A DNA stretch of 64,000 nucleotides from Candidatus Omnitrophota bacterium. GTDB taxonomy: Bacteria > Omnitrophota > Gorgyraeia > JACQQV01. Positions 38,250 to 47,848 of this stretch are shown here, piece by piece. The DNA lies in NCBI GenBank assembly GCA_016206785.1, contig JACQQV010000048.1, positions 65,889 to 129,888 on the forward strand, in the 5' to 3' direction. The position numbers and the translations under genes are program-made. The notes below the pieces were generated by a model that saw only the letters and a program-made list of their open reading frames with translations, made no database searches and was not told the DNA's origin. The stretch's first letter is position 1, and each line of letters begins with the position of its first letter.

Positions 38250-39224
38250 ATGGGGAAAAAGGCGATTTCCCTTGTCTATCTCATCACTCTGTCTCTTCTT
38301 TTCTGGACGGAGGAAGCCCCTGGAGGGAAGGCCTTGACCCTCTCCGCACGTGTCGATAAAAGGACCATTCGCGTGGGCGACGAAGTGCTTTATGAAATCC
38401 GTGCAACCCACCCTTCCGATGTGCTGGTGACCCTCCCCGGCGAGGGGATCGATTTCGGCCCTTTTGAAGCAAAACGCTATCGCCCTCTCCCTCGCCGTAG
38501 CGGAGGAGAGGAGGTGACCGAAGGGGTTGATTTTTTCTTAACCATTTTCAAGCCGGGGGTATGGCAGATTCCTCCCCTTGATATTCCGTATACGGACTAC
38601 CGAAAACGCGCCCTCCCCGAGTCTTCGGTAGAAGAAGCGCTCTCTGCAGGATCAAGTCTTGGAATGCGGGGGATCGAAAAAACGGAGCCCGTTGAAATTA
38701 CGGTCCAAAGTCTCCTGGGCGAGGAGCCCTCTGCGCCAATGGACATTCAGAAGCTGAGAACCCCTGAGAGAAATAAAGGGCTCCGGGTTATTTTTAAAAC
38801 ATTCGCTCTTCTCTTACTGTCGATTGGCGTTGTCTGCATCGGGATTTATGGAATCATTCGGCTCATGCCAAAACCGATCGCAAGGATTTCGCGTGAGGAT
38901 CCCTCGAATGCCGCTCTTCGTGCTCTTGCAGAGTTGAAGAAAAAGATGACGGGCGGGACGGTTACGGTCATGCATTACAAGGAACTTTCGAAGACCCTTC
39001 GCGATTATCTTGCCAAGCAATATGATCCGCTCACCCTTCATCTCACGACAACCGAACTCCTCGAGCGGATGGTGAACTATCCTCCTTGTCGCAGCATTAC
39101 GGATAAAGCGCAGGAAATCTTGAGGATATCCGATCTTGTTAAATTTTCGGATCGGCCGGTCGATTCAGAAGAGTTTACAACTTTTCTCAAATCGGCCGAA
39201 GAGATTTTCTCAAGTTCTTCATGA
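38250..39224 (+). CDS. Bat operon accessory membrane protein (BatD-like Ig domain plus TM)
   Basis: Signal peptide, VDK.TI.VGD, TM, LTT.EL, DLVKF; position between DUF58 and batA. Confidence 0.8.
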   Translation: MGKKAISLVYLITLSLLFWTEEAPGGKALTLSARVDKRTIRVGDEVLYEIRATHPSDVLVTLPGEGIDFGPFEAKRYRPLPRRSGGEEVTEGVDFFLTIFKPGVWQIPPLDIPYTDYRKRALPESSVEEALSAGSSLGMRGIEKTEPVEITVQSLLGEEPSAPMDIQKLRTPERNKGLRVIFKTFALLLLSIGVVCIGIYGIIRLMPKPIARISREDPSNAALRALAELKKKMTGGTVTVMHYKELSKTLRDYLAKQYDPLTLHLTTTELLERMVNYPPCRSITDKAQEILRISDLVKFSDRPVDSEEFTTFLKSAEEIFSSSS

Positions 39225-39225
39225 A

Positions 39226-40251
39226 ATGGAAAGCCCCTTAAGAATCGCAAATCCAATCTTTTTAATCCTTTTTCCGGTTGTTCTCATCATCGCATTCCTC
39301 TACGCTAAAAATCGGATCGGGAAAGAGCCAACCCTCCGCTTCTCGAGTCTTTCTCTTCTTCGGGTGGACGCAGGGACCTCTTCGCTTCCAAGACGGATGT
39401 GTCTACTTGCGATCCGGATCCTCATTCTCCTGTTATTAGGAATCGCTTTATTGCGCCCCCAAAAGGGAGAAGGGATCGAGGAACTGAGAGATAAGGGAAT
39501 TGATCTCATCCTTGCCCTGGATGTGTCAGGGAGCATGAAGGCGCTCGATTTTTTACCGAAAAACCGTTTGGAAGGGGCCAAGGAAGCGTCAAAAGTGTTT
39601 ATTAAACGGCGCAAGGGGGATCGGATCGGCCTTGTTGTCTTCGGAGCGCAAAGTTATACGCAATGTCCGTTGACGCTGGACCATGATCAACTCATTCGAC
39701 TCCTGGATGAAGTTCACATCGGGATGATTGAAGATGGCACAGCCATTGGACTCGCCATTGCCAGTGCTGTCAATCGACTCAAAAATTCAGAGGCCCAGAC
39801 GAAAGTCCTCGTCCTCCTCACCGACGGGATCAACAACGCCGGCGAAATTGAACCGATGGCTGCGGCTCAACTGGCAAAATATTTTGGGATAAAGGTTTAT
39901 ACCCTAGGGGCAGGGAAAACCGGCATGAGCCTTTACCCCGTGGAAGAGGAGACTTCGCGGCCCAAGGATGCGCTCCTTTCTGAAGAAAAGTATGTTCGTG
40001 TTCAGAATCAGCTCGATGAGTCCTCCTTGAAGGCGATTGCCTCTTCCACCGGAGGCCGTTATTTCAGGGTGGAGGACAAACTTTCTCTGGAACGGACCTT
40101 TCAGGAAATTGACACCCTCGAAAAAGTCGGCATTACGACGAGGCGCTATAAGAATTACATTGATCTTTTCCCTTTTTTCGTTTGGCCGGCGATCGGCCTT
40201 TTAGGAATTGAAATGATGCTTCGTAACACCCTTTTCATGAAGATCCCCTGA
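39226..40251 (+). CDS. batA: BatA vWA domain protein
   Basis: ALLRPQ, MIDAS DVSGSM, DRIGLVVF, GTAIG, LLTDG. Confidence 0.93.
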   Translation: MESPLRIANPIFLILFPVVLIIAFLYAKNRIGKEPTLRFSSLSLLRVDAGTSSLPRRMCLLAIRILILLLLGIALLRPQKGEGIEELRDKGIDLILALDVSGSMKALDFLPKNRLEGAKEASKVFIKRRKGDRIGLVVFGAQSYTQCPLTLDHDQLIRLLDEVHIGMIEDGTAIGLAIASAVNRLKNSEAQTKVLVLLTDGINNAGEIEPMAAAQLAKYFGIKVYTLGAGKTGMSLYPVEEETSRPKDALLSEEKYVRVQNQLDESSLKAIASSTGGRYFRVEDKLSLERTFQEIDTLEKVGITTRRYKNYIDLFPFFVWPAIGLLGIEMMLRNTLFMKIP

Positions 40252-40263
40252 GGGAGAACGGCA

Positions 40264-41283
40264 ATGCGATGGCAGCACCCTTATTTTCTTAACATGCTTT
40301 TCCTACTTCCCCTCCTGTTTTATCTTTCTCTGTATGCCACAAGGGCAAAACGGAGACTCATCGAGGCTTTTGGCTCGGAAGAATTCCGAGAAAAGGTGGA
40401 ACGGTCCGTTCACCCCGGAAGGCGATGGACGAGGGCTTTTCTTTTGTTGTTTGGGTTTTTGTTTCTCGTGGTTGCCCTGGCTTCTCCACAAACCTCCAGT
40501 CCCGTCAAGATTAAAAAGAAGCTGGGGTCCGAGTTTTTTCTTGCCTTAGATGTATCTCTTAGCATGCTGGCGCAGGATGAGACCCCCAGCCGTCTCGCCA
40601 AGGCCAAAAAAGAGCTTCTTCAATTTTTGGAAAAGTTGGAGGGGTACCGCGTGGGGCTCATCATCTTTTCGGGAACAAGTTTTGTGCAGTGTCCCCTCAC
40701 CATGGACCATCATGCGATACGCTATTTTTTGGAATCGGTGGATACCCAGAGCCTTCCTGTTCCAGGAAGCGCCTTCAAAAAGGCGATTGAAAATGCGCGG
40801 AAAAGTTTTGGGGAAGAAAAAGGAACACGAAAATATCTTGTTCTTTTTAGCGACGGAGAAGATCTGGAAGGGGAGGACCCCCTTCCAGTGGCGCGGGAGG
40901 CGAGTCGTGAAGGGATTGCCATTTTTTGCATCGGATTCGGTTCGCCTACAGGGGCGTTGATCCCCCTTCATGAGAAGGGGGTATTCGTAGGGTATAAGAA
41001 GGACTTAAACGGGGTGACCGTGGTCACGCATGCCAATGAAGAACTTCTCACCAAAATCGCACACGAGACAAGGGGGCACTATTTTAAATCGACCGCCGGC
41101 TTCGAAGAACTGGACACTCTTTGGGAAGAAGTGGCAAAACGAGGAAGAAAAGAGGTGACGGAAGCATCTGAGCGTCAGTATGAAAGCCGTTTTCAAGTTC
41201 CACTTTTCTTGGCTGTTTTGTTTCTGGTGGTAGAAATGATCCTTTCGGAGACACGACGCATCCATGAGGGCGAATCGGTTTAA
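40264..41283 (+). CDS. batB: BatB vWA domain protein
   Basis: ALASPQ, DVSLSMLAQD..PSRL.KAK, PLT.D, SDGED. Confidence 0.92.
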   Translation: MRWQHPYFLNMLFLLPLLFYLSLYATRAKRRLIEAFGSEEFREKVERSVHPGRRWTRAFLLLFGFLFLVVALASPQTSSPVKIKKKLGSEFFLALDVSLSMLAQDETPSRLAKAKKELLQFLEKLEGYRVGLIIFSGTSFVQCPLTMDHHAIRYFLESVDTQSLPVPGSAFKKAIENARKSFGEEKGTRKYLVLFSDGEDLEGEDPLPVAREASREGIAIFCIGFGSPTGALIPLHEKGVFVGYKKDLNGVTVVTHANEELLTKIAHETRGHYFKSTAGFEELDTLWEEVAKRGRKEVTEASERQYESRFQVPLFLAVLFLVVEMILSETRRIHEGESV

Positions 41284-41803
41284 TCTACTTTGGGCGGGAG
41301 GGATGGTGGGGGTCTCTCTCTTTTTCAGCAGCTTCTCTTTTGCAGAGAAGGGACCCTCCCTCGAGGAACTTGTGTCCCAGGGAAATGCCTTTTATACCCA
41401 AAACGACTTTAGAAAGGCTCTCGAGATCTATCAAGAAGCGTTGCTTCAGGCCGAAGATCTTTCGAAGGCGAAGGTCCACTACAACCTCGGCAATACCTAT
41501 TACCATTTAGGGCAGTTGGAGAATGCCTTAAGGGAGTTTAAGGAAGCTCTGCGACTGAATCCGAATGACGAAAATTCAAAATATAATCTCGAAGTCGTCT
41601 TAAGGGCCCTCGAGGGAAAACGATTCGTTCTCCGCGACCTGCCTGCCGATGTGACAGCGAATTCCAAACAAGATACCCTCGATGAAGAGATAAGACTCAT
41701 CTTACAGAGTCTCGAGGAGGCAGAATTTAGAGACCCCAAAGGACTTCCCACACCTCCTCCCCCTCCCGGAGAAAAAACAAAACCCTATAAAAAGGATTGG
41801 TGA
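41264..41803 (+). CDS. batC: BatC-like TPR protein
   Basis: GNAFY, YNLGNTYY, AL.LNP, KYNLE, terminal KDW. Confidence 0.85.
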   Translation: MRANRFNLLWAGGMVGVSLFFSSFSFAEKGPSLEELVSQGNAFYTQNDFRKALEIYQEALLQAEDLSKAKVHYNLGNTYYHLGQLENALREFKEALRLNPNDENSKYNLEVVLRALEGKRFVLRDLPADVTANSKQDTLDEEIRLILQSLEEAEFRDPKGLPTPPPPPGEKTKPYKKDW

Positions 41804-41804
41804 G

Positions 41805-43661
41805 TTGAGAAAAATTTGCTCCGTTTTACTACAACTTGTAATAGTAGTTCTATTTTTCATACCCCAGAGCCTTTCCGCGGAAGACTCTTTCGTCGCAACC
41901 CTGGATCATGATGAAGTGTCGGTGGAAGAAGTCGCCACATTGACTCTCTCACTCAAAACAGAAGAGGAGAAGGAGGTCCCTCTTCCATCCATCCCCCGTA
42001 TTCCAGGCCTCCTCATTTTCTATAAAGAAACGCGACAGGTCCTTTCCCCTCAAGGGGGAAAAGTCTCTCCAACCAAAGAGTTTGTTTATACGTTACATCC
42101 TGAAACGGTGGGTCCGAAGACGATTCCTGCCCTGGGAATTCATCTGGAGGACCATTTCCTTGTGACAAAGCCGCTCCTCTTAAATGTCCTCCCACAAGTC
42201 TCGCAACCGACCCGAGAGAAACGCGCCACTTCATGGACGGAGGATATCGGTTCGCGACAAGACTCTCTTCCTCCAAAATCCTTTGCACGGGTTGTCGTGG
42301 ACAATCCGAAACCTTATCAAAACGAGCCGATTCGTGTGATAGTCTGGGCGTATGCAACAGTCCCCTTCCAGTACAAGGGCCTCAAAGAGGGGACACCTCC
42401 CAAAGAGGCCCTGCAACTCCGAGAAGTGGAAGGAGATTTTGTTCCCCATGAGGAAACAGAAACAAAAGAAGGCGAGATCTATTACGGCAGGAGCGTTGAA
42501 GAACAGATCTGGGTCCCGCTCCAAAGCGGCCCCTTGACATTAGCATTTGGGGAACTTTCCCTCCTCCTCAAGACGGAAGGACGGCAGCTTTTCGACCGGT
42601 CGTTTAAAGAGAGACTTCCCGCCGGAGATTTTTGGAGTCATGGAGAAGCCGTCTCTCTCAAAGTCGATCCGGTCTCCCTTCAAGTCCGTCCACTACCCGA
42701 TGAAAACAGGCCTGACGATTTTTCCGGCGCTGTGGGGGAATTTAAGATAAGCACCTCTTTGGATAAGACGGAGCTTGAGATTGGAGAATCAGCGACATTA
42801 AAGCTCCACATCTACGGGAAAGGGTTTTTGAAGGAGATCAAAGCTCCCTCTCTTGGGAAGTTTCCGTTTGCTTCCTCTTTTCAATCGCGCGCCTCTGATC
42901 GGTTGACACGGGGAAAGACCTCTTTTGTGGGTGAGAAAACCTATGAAATGATTCTCATCACAGACCGGGCCGGAAATTTTACTCTTGATCCCATCTCATT
43001 TTCCTATTTCAATCCGAAGATCCACAAGTATAGAAGAATTGTGACCCGACCGGTCTCTTTGGCCATTCGGGAAAGGGTTGCCACCGCCCTTGCGGCCCCT
43101 GCCGGACGTGAAAAAACGGAACCCGAGCTTTTGGGGAAAGATATTTATTACATCAAAAGCGAATTAGGCACTCTCTCAACTCCCTCTTCCCCCCTCTTCG
43201 CAAACTCTTTTTTTTGGGGGATTCAATGTGTTCCTCTTCTTTTCCTCCTCTTTTCGTTTTTAGGGAGATCGTATCAACTTTATCTTTCTCGGAATGTGGT
43301 GGCCATTCGCCGACGAGGCGCCTTTTCCACCTCCCAAGCGCGTCTTAAAAAGGCGCAACTTTATCTTACGGCAGGTCGTTTTCAAGACTGTGCAAGGGAG
43401 GCCCATGAGGCGATTCTTGGATATTTGGGGGACAAATGGGGTGTTCCGATGGGCGCTTTGACATTAGACCAGATTGAAGCAAGGGTGGGTACTTCCGGTG
43501 GAGATGAAGTGCTCCAGAAGAATTTGAAAGGGTGTCTTGAAACGCTTCAGGCCATTCAGTTTGCATCTGGACAGTTTGGTGAAAAGGAACTGCGGGCAAG
43601 TTATGAATTGTCGAAAGGAGTGCTTCAGCAACTTGAAAAGATCGATCTTTCTCTTCTTTAA
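41805..43661 (+). CDS. batD: BatD family protein
   Basis: Signal peptide, Ig-like repeats, F.GAVG.F, FSYFNP, DI.YIK, TM. Confidence 0.88.
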   Translation: MRKICSVLLQLVIVVLFFIPQSLSAEDSFVATLDHDEVSVEEVATLTLSLKTEEEKEVPLPSIPRIPGLLIFYKETRQVLSPQGGKVSPTKEFVYTLHPETVGPKTIPALGIHLEDHFLVTKPLLLNVLPQVSQPTREKRATSWTEDIGSRQDSLPPKSFARVVVDNPKPYQNEPIRVIVWAYATVPFQYKGLKEGTPPKEALQLREVEGDFVPHEETETKEGEIYYGRSVEEQIWVPLQSGPLTLAFGELSLLLKTEGRQLFDRSFKERLPAGDFWSHGEAVSLKVDPVSLQVRPLPDENRPDDFSGAVGEFKISTSLDKTELEIGESATLKLHIYGKGFLKEIKAPSLGKFPFASSFQSRASDRLTRGKTSFVGEKTYEMILITDRAGNFTLDPISFSYFNPKIHKYRRIVTRPVSLAIRERVATALAAPAGREKTEPELLGKDIYYIKSELGTLSTPSSPLFANSFFWGIQCVPLLFLLFSFLGRSYQLYLSRNVVAIRRRGAFSTSQARLKKAQLYLTAGRFQDCAREAHEAILGYLGDKWGVPMGALTLDQIEARVGTSGGDEVLQKNLKGCLETLQAIQFASGQFGEKELRASYELSKGVLQQLEKIDLSLL

Positions 43662-44424
43662 AAAAAGTCTTTCCATCGCGTTCCTCCTCCTTTTCGTATT
43701 CGGAGAAATTGCTCTTGGAGAAAAGGAGGAATACGATGTACGGAAAGCGTTTGAACAAGGAAATGTGCTTTATCAGAAAGAGGACTATGCAGCAGCCATC
43801 AAGGCCTACGAAGAAATTCTTTCGCGCGGTGTCCAGGGGGCTTCCTTATATTACAATTTGGGAAATGCTTATTTCAAGGTCGGTCAAATCGGAAAGGCCG
43901 TTCTCAATTATGAGCGTGCCTTAAAGTTTGCCCCAGAAGACAAGGAACTCATGAATAACCTCACTTTTGTCCATGAATTTTTACAAGATAAAGTTGAAGC
44001 GGCCGAAAGGCCCCATTGGCAACGGAGACTCATGAGGCTTCATCACTTCTTGAGTCTTAACCTGGTCGTGGGGATGGCTTCTCTCTGCTATATCCTCACC
44101 CTTCTTTTTTCCGCCTATGCCGTGATCCGTCCTTCGTTCCGCCCGATCTTCTTTCGCCGTCTTCTTGTCCCTTTGGCCAGTCTGTTTGTCCTTCTCTCTG
44201 GCTTCGGCGTTCTCAAAGTCTTGGAGTCCCACTTTTCACCCGCCATCGTGATTACGGAAGAGATCGACGTCCGTTACGGCCCCTCCCCGCAGGAAACCAA
44301 AGCCTTTGTGTTGCATGCTGGAACAAAATGTTCAGTTCGGGATGTCTCGGGAGAATGGATCCTTATTTGGTTACCCAATGATCGAGGGGGATGGGTTCAC
44401 CAGAGCGGTCTTGAAAGAATTTAA
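43633..44424 (+). CDS. batE: BatE-like TPR/SH3 protein
   Basis: YYNLGNAYFK, A.LNYERA, two TMs, F.LH.GT, GW; TTG start after AAAGGAG. Confidence 0.88.
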   Translation: MKRSIFLFFKKSLSIAFLLLFVFGEIALGEKEEYDVRKAFEQGNVLYQKEDYAAAIKAYEEILSRGVQGASLYYNLGNAYFKVGQIGKAVLNYERALKFAPEDKELMNNLTFVHEFLQDKVEAAERPHWQRRLMRLHHFLSLNLVVGMASLCYILTLLFSAYAVIRPSFRPIFFRRLLVPLASLFVLLSGFGVLKVLESHFSPAIVITEEIDVRYGPSPQETKAFVLHAGTKCSVRDVSGEWILIWLPNDRGGWVHQSGLERI

Positions 44425-45332
44425 TGGAAGAGGCGTCTTCTTTTAGATCAGGATTTGTGGCCATCGTTGGAAAGCCAAATGTTGGAAAATCCACTCTCCT
44501 GAATGCCCTCGTAGGTCAAAAAATTGCCATTACGTCTAAAAAACCTGAGACGACGCGGGAGCGGATCTTAGGGATCAGGAATTTTCCAAAGGGTCAACTG
44601 ATTTTTGTCGATACCCCGGGGCTTCGGAGACCCACGTTTCTCCTTGACCGCGAAATGATTGAGGCGGCGAAAGAGAGTCTCACTTCAGCAGATCTTATCC
44701 TCACGATGGTCGATGCATTCGGCTTTAAGAAAGAAGACCATTACGTTTTTTCTCTCCTTCCTCCCAAAGAAAGTAAAAAAATTCCTGTTTTTCTCACGAT
44801 CAACAAGATAGACTGCGTTGACAAGAAAACGCTTCTTCCTTTGATCGAAGAGGGGAACCGTCTTTATCCCTTTCAGGAAATCATCCCCATCTCTGCACTC
44901 AAGGGAGATAACATGGCTGTTTTGTTCGAGGAGGCGGTGAAGGCCATGCCGAAAGGCCCTCGGTATTATCCTGAAGAGATGGCCACAGACCATCCGCCAG
45001 AGTTTTCTGTGAAAGAGTTGATACGAGAAAAGATCCTCGCCCTCACCCACCAGGAAATTCCTTATTGCATCGCCGTGAAGATAGAGGAGATGTCTGAGAG
45101 AGAAGACGGTTTAATGACCATTCGCGCCACCATTTTCGTTGAGCGGGATTCTCAAAAGGCAATCGTGATCGGTCGAAAGGGCCAAATGCTCAAGAAAATC
45201 GGAACCCGGGCCAGGAAAGAGTTGGAAGGGTACTTTCAAAAAAGAGTTTTTTTGGACCTCTGGGTCAAGGTCCTCAGAGACTGGCGTCAGGACAGAGAAG
45301 CCCTCAAACGGTTGGGGTATCTGGAAGGATGA
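44424..45332 (+). CDS. era: GTPase Era
   Basis: GKPNVGKST, TTR, DTPG, NKID, SAL, KH motif VIGRKG. Confidence 0.97.
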   Translation: MEEASSFRSGFVAIVGKPNVGKSTLLNALVGQKIAITSKKPETTRERILGIRNFPKGQLIFVDTPGLRRPTFLLDREMIEAAKESLTSADLILTMVDAFGFKKEDHYVFSLLPPKESKKIPVFLTINKIDCVDKKTLLPLIEEGNRLYPFQEIIPISALKGDNMAVLFEEAVKAMPKGPRYYPEEMATDHPPEFSVKELIREKILALTHQEIPYCIAVKIEEMSEREDGLMTIRATIFVERDSQKAIVIGRKGQMLKKIGTRARKELEGYFQKRVFLDLWVKVLRDWRQDREALKRLGYLEG

Positions 45333-45373
45333 CCGCCCCAGTGGTATAATCAATGAAGAAAGGAGGTGTCCAC

Positions 45374-45754
45374 GTGAAGAAAAAATCAGCAAAAAAGGCA
45401 AGGCGGAAGGGCGTGAAGAAAAAGGCTGTTCTTCGACGGCGTCCTTCGGCAAAGGCAAAATCGAAGGTTTCTTCGCGTAAACGCGTTTCGCTCAAGCCCA
45501 AGAAGGTCTTGAAAGAGATTGGGAAAATCACTCACTACTTCCCAAAGGTCAAGGCGGGGGTGATGAAGGTGACTAAGGGGATACTTTCTTTAGGGGACGA
45601 AATTCACATCAAGGGGCATACCACGGACTTCAAGCAGAAGGTCGCTTCAATGCAGCTGGACCATGTTCCTTTGGAGAAGGCGAGCGCAGGACAGGAAATC
45701 GGAATCGCGGTGAAGTCTCGCGTGCGACAAAATGACATGGTGTATAGGGCTTAA
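45374..45754 (+). CDS. Basic-tailed EF-Tu domain II-like beta-barrel protein
   Basis: Lys/Arg-rich N-terminus then IGKITHYF..., GHTTDF.Q.V.SMQ, VR..D.VY; GTG after AGGAGG; TG-n-TATAAT upstream. Confidence 0.8.
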   Translation: MKKKSAKKARRKGVKKKAVLRRRPSAKAKSKVSSRKRVSLKPKKVLKEIGKITHYFPKVKAGVMKVTKGILSLGDEIHIKGHTTDFKQKVASMQLDHVPLEKASAGQEIGIAVKSRVRQNDMVYRA

Positions 45755-46568
45755 AGAGGATGAGCACAAACCGATACATCACGTAGAATTCTACGGCGAA
45801 CGGGAAGAATCCTAAGAAGCCCAGGAGCGGCATTTCGAAAATCTTAAGCCCCGTCGGATCAGGGATGTGATAGACCCATTTGGCCTCAGCCCAGAAATTC
45901 CAGAATTCCCAGAGTATCCCCATCACGCCCCCTGTCAGGAGGAGGGTAAATAATCTTTGCCCTTCTCCCATTCCAAGTTTCTTAAGAAGTGATTCTTCTC
46001 CCCACCGATAATTAAGGGGCTCAAGGAGAAAAATGAAGCCGAGCCATACAGGGGGAAAATCATAAATCGATTTTGTCAGAAGCGGATAAATCAGGAAAAC
46101 GAGTCCCAGCAGAAAAGAAAAGACAAGCGCCCCCCGAGAGATCTTCGTGGGTGTTAAGCGGAGATTTTTGAAGAAGCCCCACTCTTCCAGGAGCGCATTG
46201 GTTTCAAGGAGGGCCGGAAGGATCGTTGCAAAAGACCAAAAATAGCCAGGGTAGGCGATCAGGGGATTCGAGGGAATGTTCCGATATTCCCAATTTTTAA
46301 GAAGAAGGTTATAGCCTTCGAAAACAAGCCAAAGTCCTGCAGAAAGGGGAAGGGTGAAGAAGAAGTGTCCCGGCTGATTTTGGAGGAGGGAATGCCCCCT
46401 TTTGCGATAAAGGGTGGTGTCGACGATGAGGATGTAACCTGTCCAGCAAAACGGGGTCACCCAGACTTTAAGGGAGGCGATTCCCAGTACGATGGAGAGT
46501 TCCCCCAACAAAAGAAAAATCAGTCCACTTCCAAATAGCCAGGAGGTTCTTTTTTGAGTCATGATCAT
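45630..46568 (-). CDS. Multi-pass membrane protein with duplicated WxxFE/WEFWN modules
   Basis: About 8 TMs; WLVFEGYN..W.Y and LWEFWN...KW.Y repeats; FEMPLLGFLGF. Confidence 0.8.
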   Translation of the reverse strand: MIMTQKRTSWLFGSGLIFLLLGELSIVLGIASLKVWVTPFCWTGYILIVDTTLYRKRGHSLLQNQPGHFFFTLPLSAGLWLVFEGYNLLLKNWEYRNIPSNPLIAYPGYFWSFATILPALLETNALLEEWGFFKNLRLTPTKISRGALVFSFLLGLVFLIYPLLTKSIYDFPPVWLGFIFLLEPLNYRWGEESLLKKLGMGEGQRLFTLLLTGGVMGILWEFWNFWAEAKWVYHIPDPTGLKIFEMPLLGFLGFFPFAVEFYVMYRFVLILFKPYTPCHFVARETSPRFRFPVLRSPSPKEHGPAALKRPSA

Positions 46569-46597
46569 TGTCTGGTGGGTGTTTATGTGTCGTGAGA

Positions 46598-46626
46598 ATT
46601 ATACCGGATTCAAGAGGAGAATGCAA
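46598..46626 (-). promoter_or_regulatory. sigma70 promoter of minus-strand membrane gene
   Basis: Reverse strand TTGCAT-17 bp-TATAAT. Confidence 0.65.
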
Positions 46627-46631
46627 TTTTA

Positions 46632-47513
46632 GTGAAACTGTTTATGCTCCTTGTTCGATCGGCTGTGTGGGTGGGGGTAGGTTGTTTTCTATTTACTTTT
46701 GTTCTTTTGGTTCGGAATACTTTCCTTCCTCGCTATCCTTATGAAGTTTCACTGAAGGAAATCGGTCTCACAGGGGAAGAGGTCCGTTTTAGGAGTCGAG
46801 ATGGACTGTGGCTTTCCGGGACACTTCTTTTGGCAGGGTGGAACGATCCTTGGATCATTCTGTGTCACGGGGTAGGGGCGAATCGTTTTGACCTCATTGA
46901 GATGGCGCGGTTTTTGGTTCAAGAAGGCTCTTTTAATATCTTCTTTTTTGATTTTCGCGCCCACGGAAAAAGTGAAGGATGGGCCACTTCCTTCGGTTAC
47001 CGTGAGCAGAGAGATCTGTTAGGGGCTTTAGACTATTTGGAGAGTCGGAGGGGCGGCCCTCAGCGATACGGCCTCTACGGGATCTCCATGGGGGCTTCGG
47101 TTGGCATCTTGGTCGCCGCCGAGGATCTTCGTATTCAGGCCCTTTGTGTCGATTCACCCTTTGTAGATCTTGAGGAAAGTATTGCAAAGCACTCCCAACT
47201 TCTTTACCCTCTTCCAAGATTTCCATTTGCTTTCTTGGCCTGTTTTTCTTACAATTTGAGGTTTCTGACGGATGTTCGAAAGATTTCACCGATCAAGGTA
47301 GTTCATAAGATTTCTCCGCGACCACTCTTCATCATGAACGGGGGTGAGGATGATCGGATGCTCCCTGAACGGGCAAGGGATCTTTACGAAAAGGCCTCCG
47401 AACCTAAGACACTTTGGCTCATCCCTGGAGCTGGCCATCTCGAAGGAAGGGCCGTTGCAGAGAAACGGTATGATGAATCCGTTCTCCACTTTTTTTCAAG
47501 CGCTTTACGGTAA
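46632..47513 (+). CDS. Alpha/beta hydrolase with N-terminal anchor
   Basis: HG, FDFRAHGKSEG, GISMG nucleophile, D and GAGH. Confidence 0.92.
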   Translation: MKLFMLLVRSAVWVGVGCFLFTFVLLVRNTFLPRYPYEVSLKEIGLTGEEVRFRSRDGLWLSGTLLLAGWNDPWIILCHGVGANRFDLIEMARFLVQEGSFNIFFFDFRAHGKSEGWATSFGYREQRDLLGALDYLESRRGGPQRYGLYGISMGASVGILVAAEDLRIQALCVDSPFVDLEESIAKHSQLLYPLPRFPFAFLACFSYNLRFLTDVRKISPIKVVHKISPRPLFIMNGGEDDRMLPERARDLYEKASEPKTLWLIPGAGHLEGRAVAEKRYDESVLHFFSSALR

Positions 47514-47546
47514 AGTTGAGCGAGACGTGGAAAGGGGGTTTGAAAA

Positions 47547-47741
47547 ATGGATATCCTCGGAAGACTTAGGGAGTTTACCACCCTCGATTTTATCTGCAGT
47601 TATTCTGCCAAGTTTTTCTTGGGTCTGGGGGTGGGTCTTCTGTGGGGGCAGAAGGGAGCTCCTTCGGGGTGGCTCTTTATTCTTCTTGCAGTGATCGTAG
47701 GATGCCGGGCCGAAGTTAAATTCTTTAAATCACACAACTGA
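47547..47741 (+). CDS. Small two-TM hypothetical protein
   Basis: 64 aa with two hydrophobic segments; purine-rich RBS. Confidence 0.55.
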   Translation: MDILGRLREFTTLDFICSYSAKFFLGLGVGLLWGQKGAPSGWLFILLAVIVGCRAEVKFFKSHN

Positions 47742-47793
47742 TTCCTACCGTTGTAGTTGCATCTCGCCCTCTTTTTAAAGAGCAAAAGAAACA

Positions 47794-47822
47794 TTGACTT
47801 CACACACCCCATTTTGTAGAAT
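47794..47822 (+). promoter_or_regulatory. sigma70 promoter of cysH-dinG-helicase unit
   Basis: TTGACT-17 bp-TAGAAT. Confidence 0.7.
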
Positions 47823-47848
47823 AACGCCTTACGCATGGAGGGAGGGAA

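Noticed and set aside
36382-44424. MoxR-vWA-TPR cluster as a novel system
   Set aside because: It matches the established Bat operon order.
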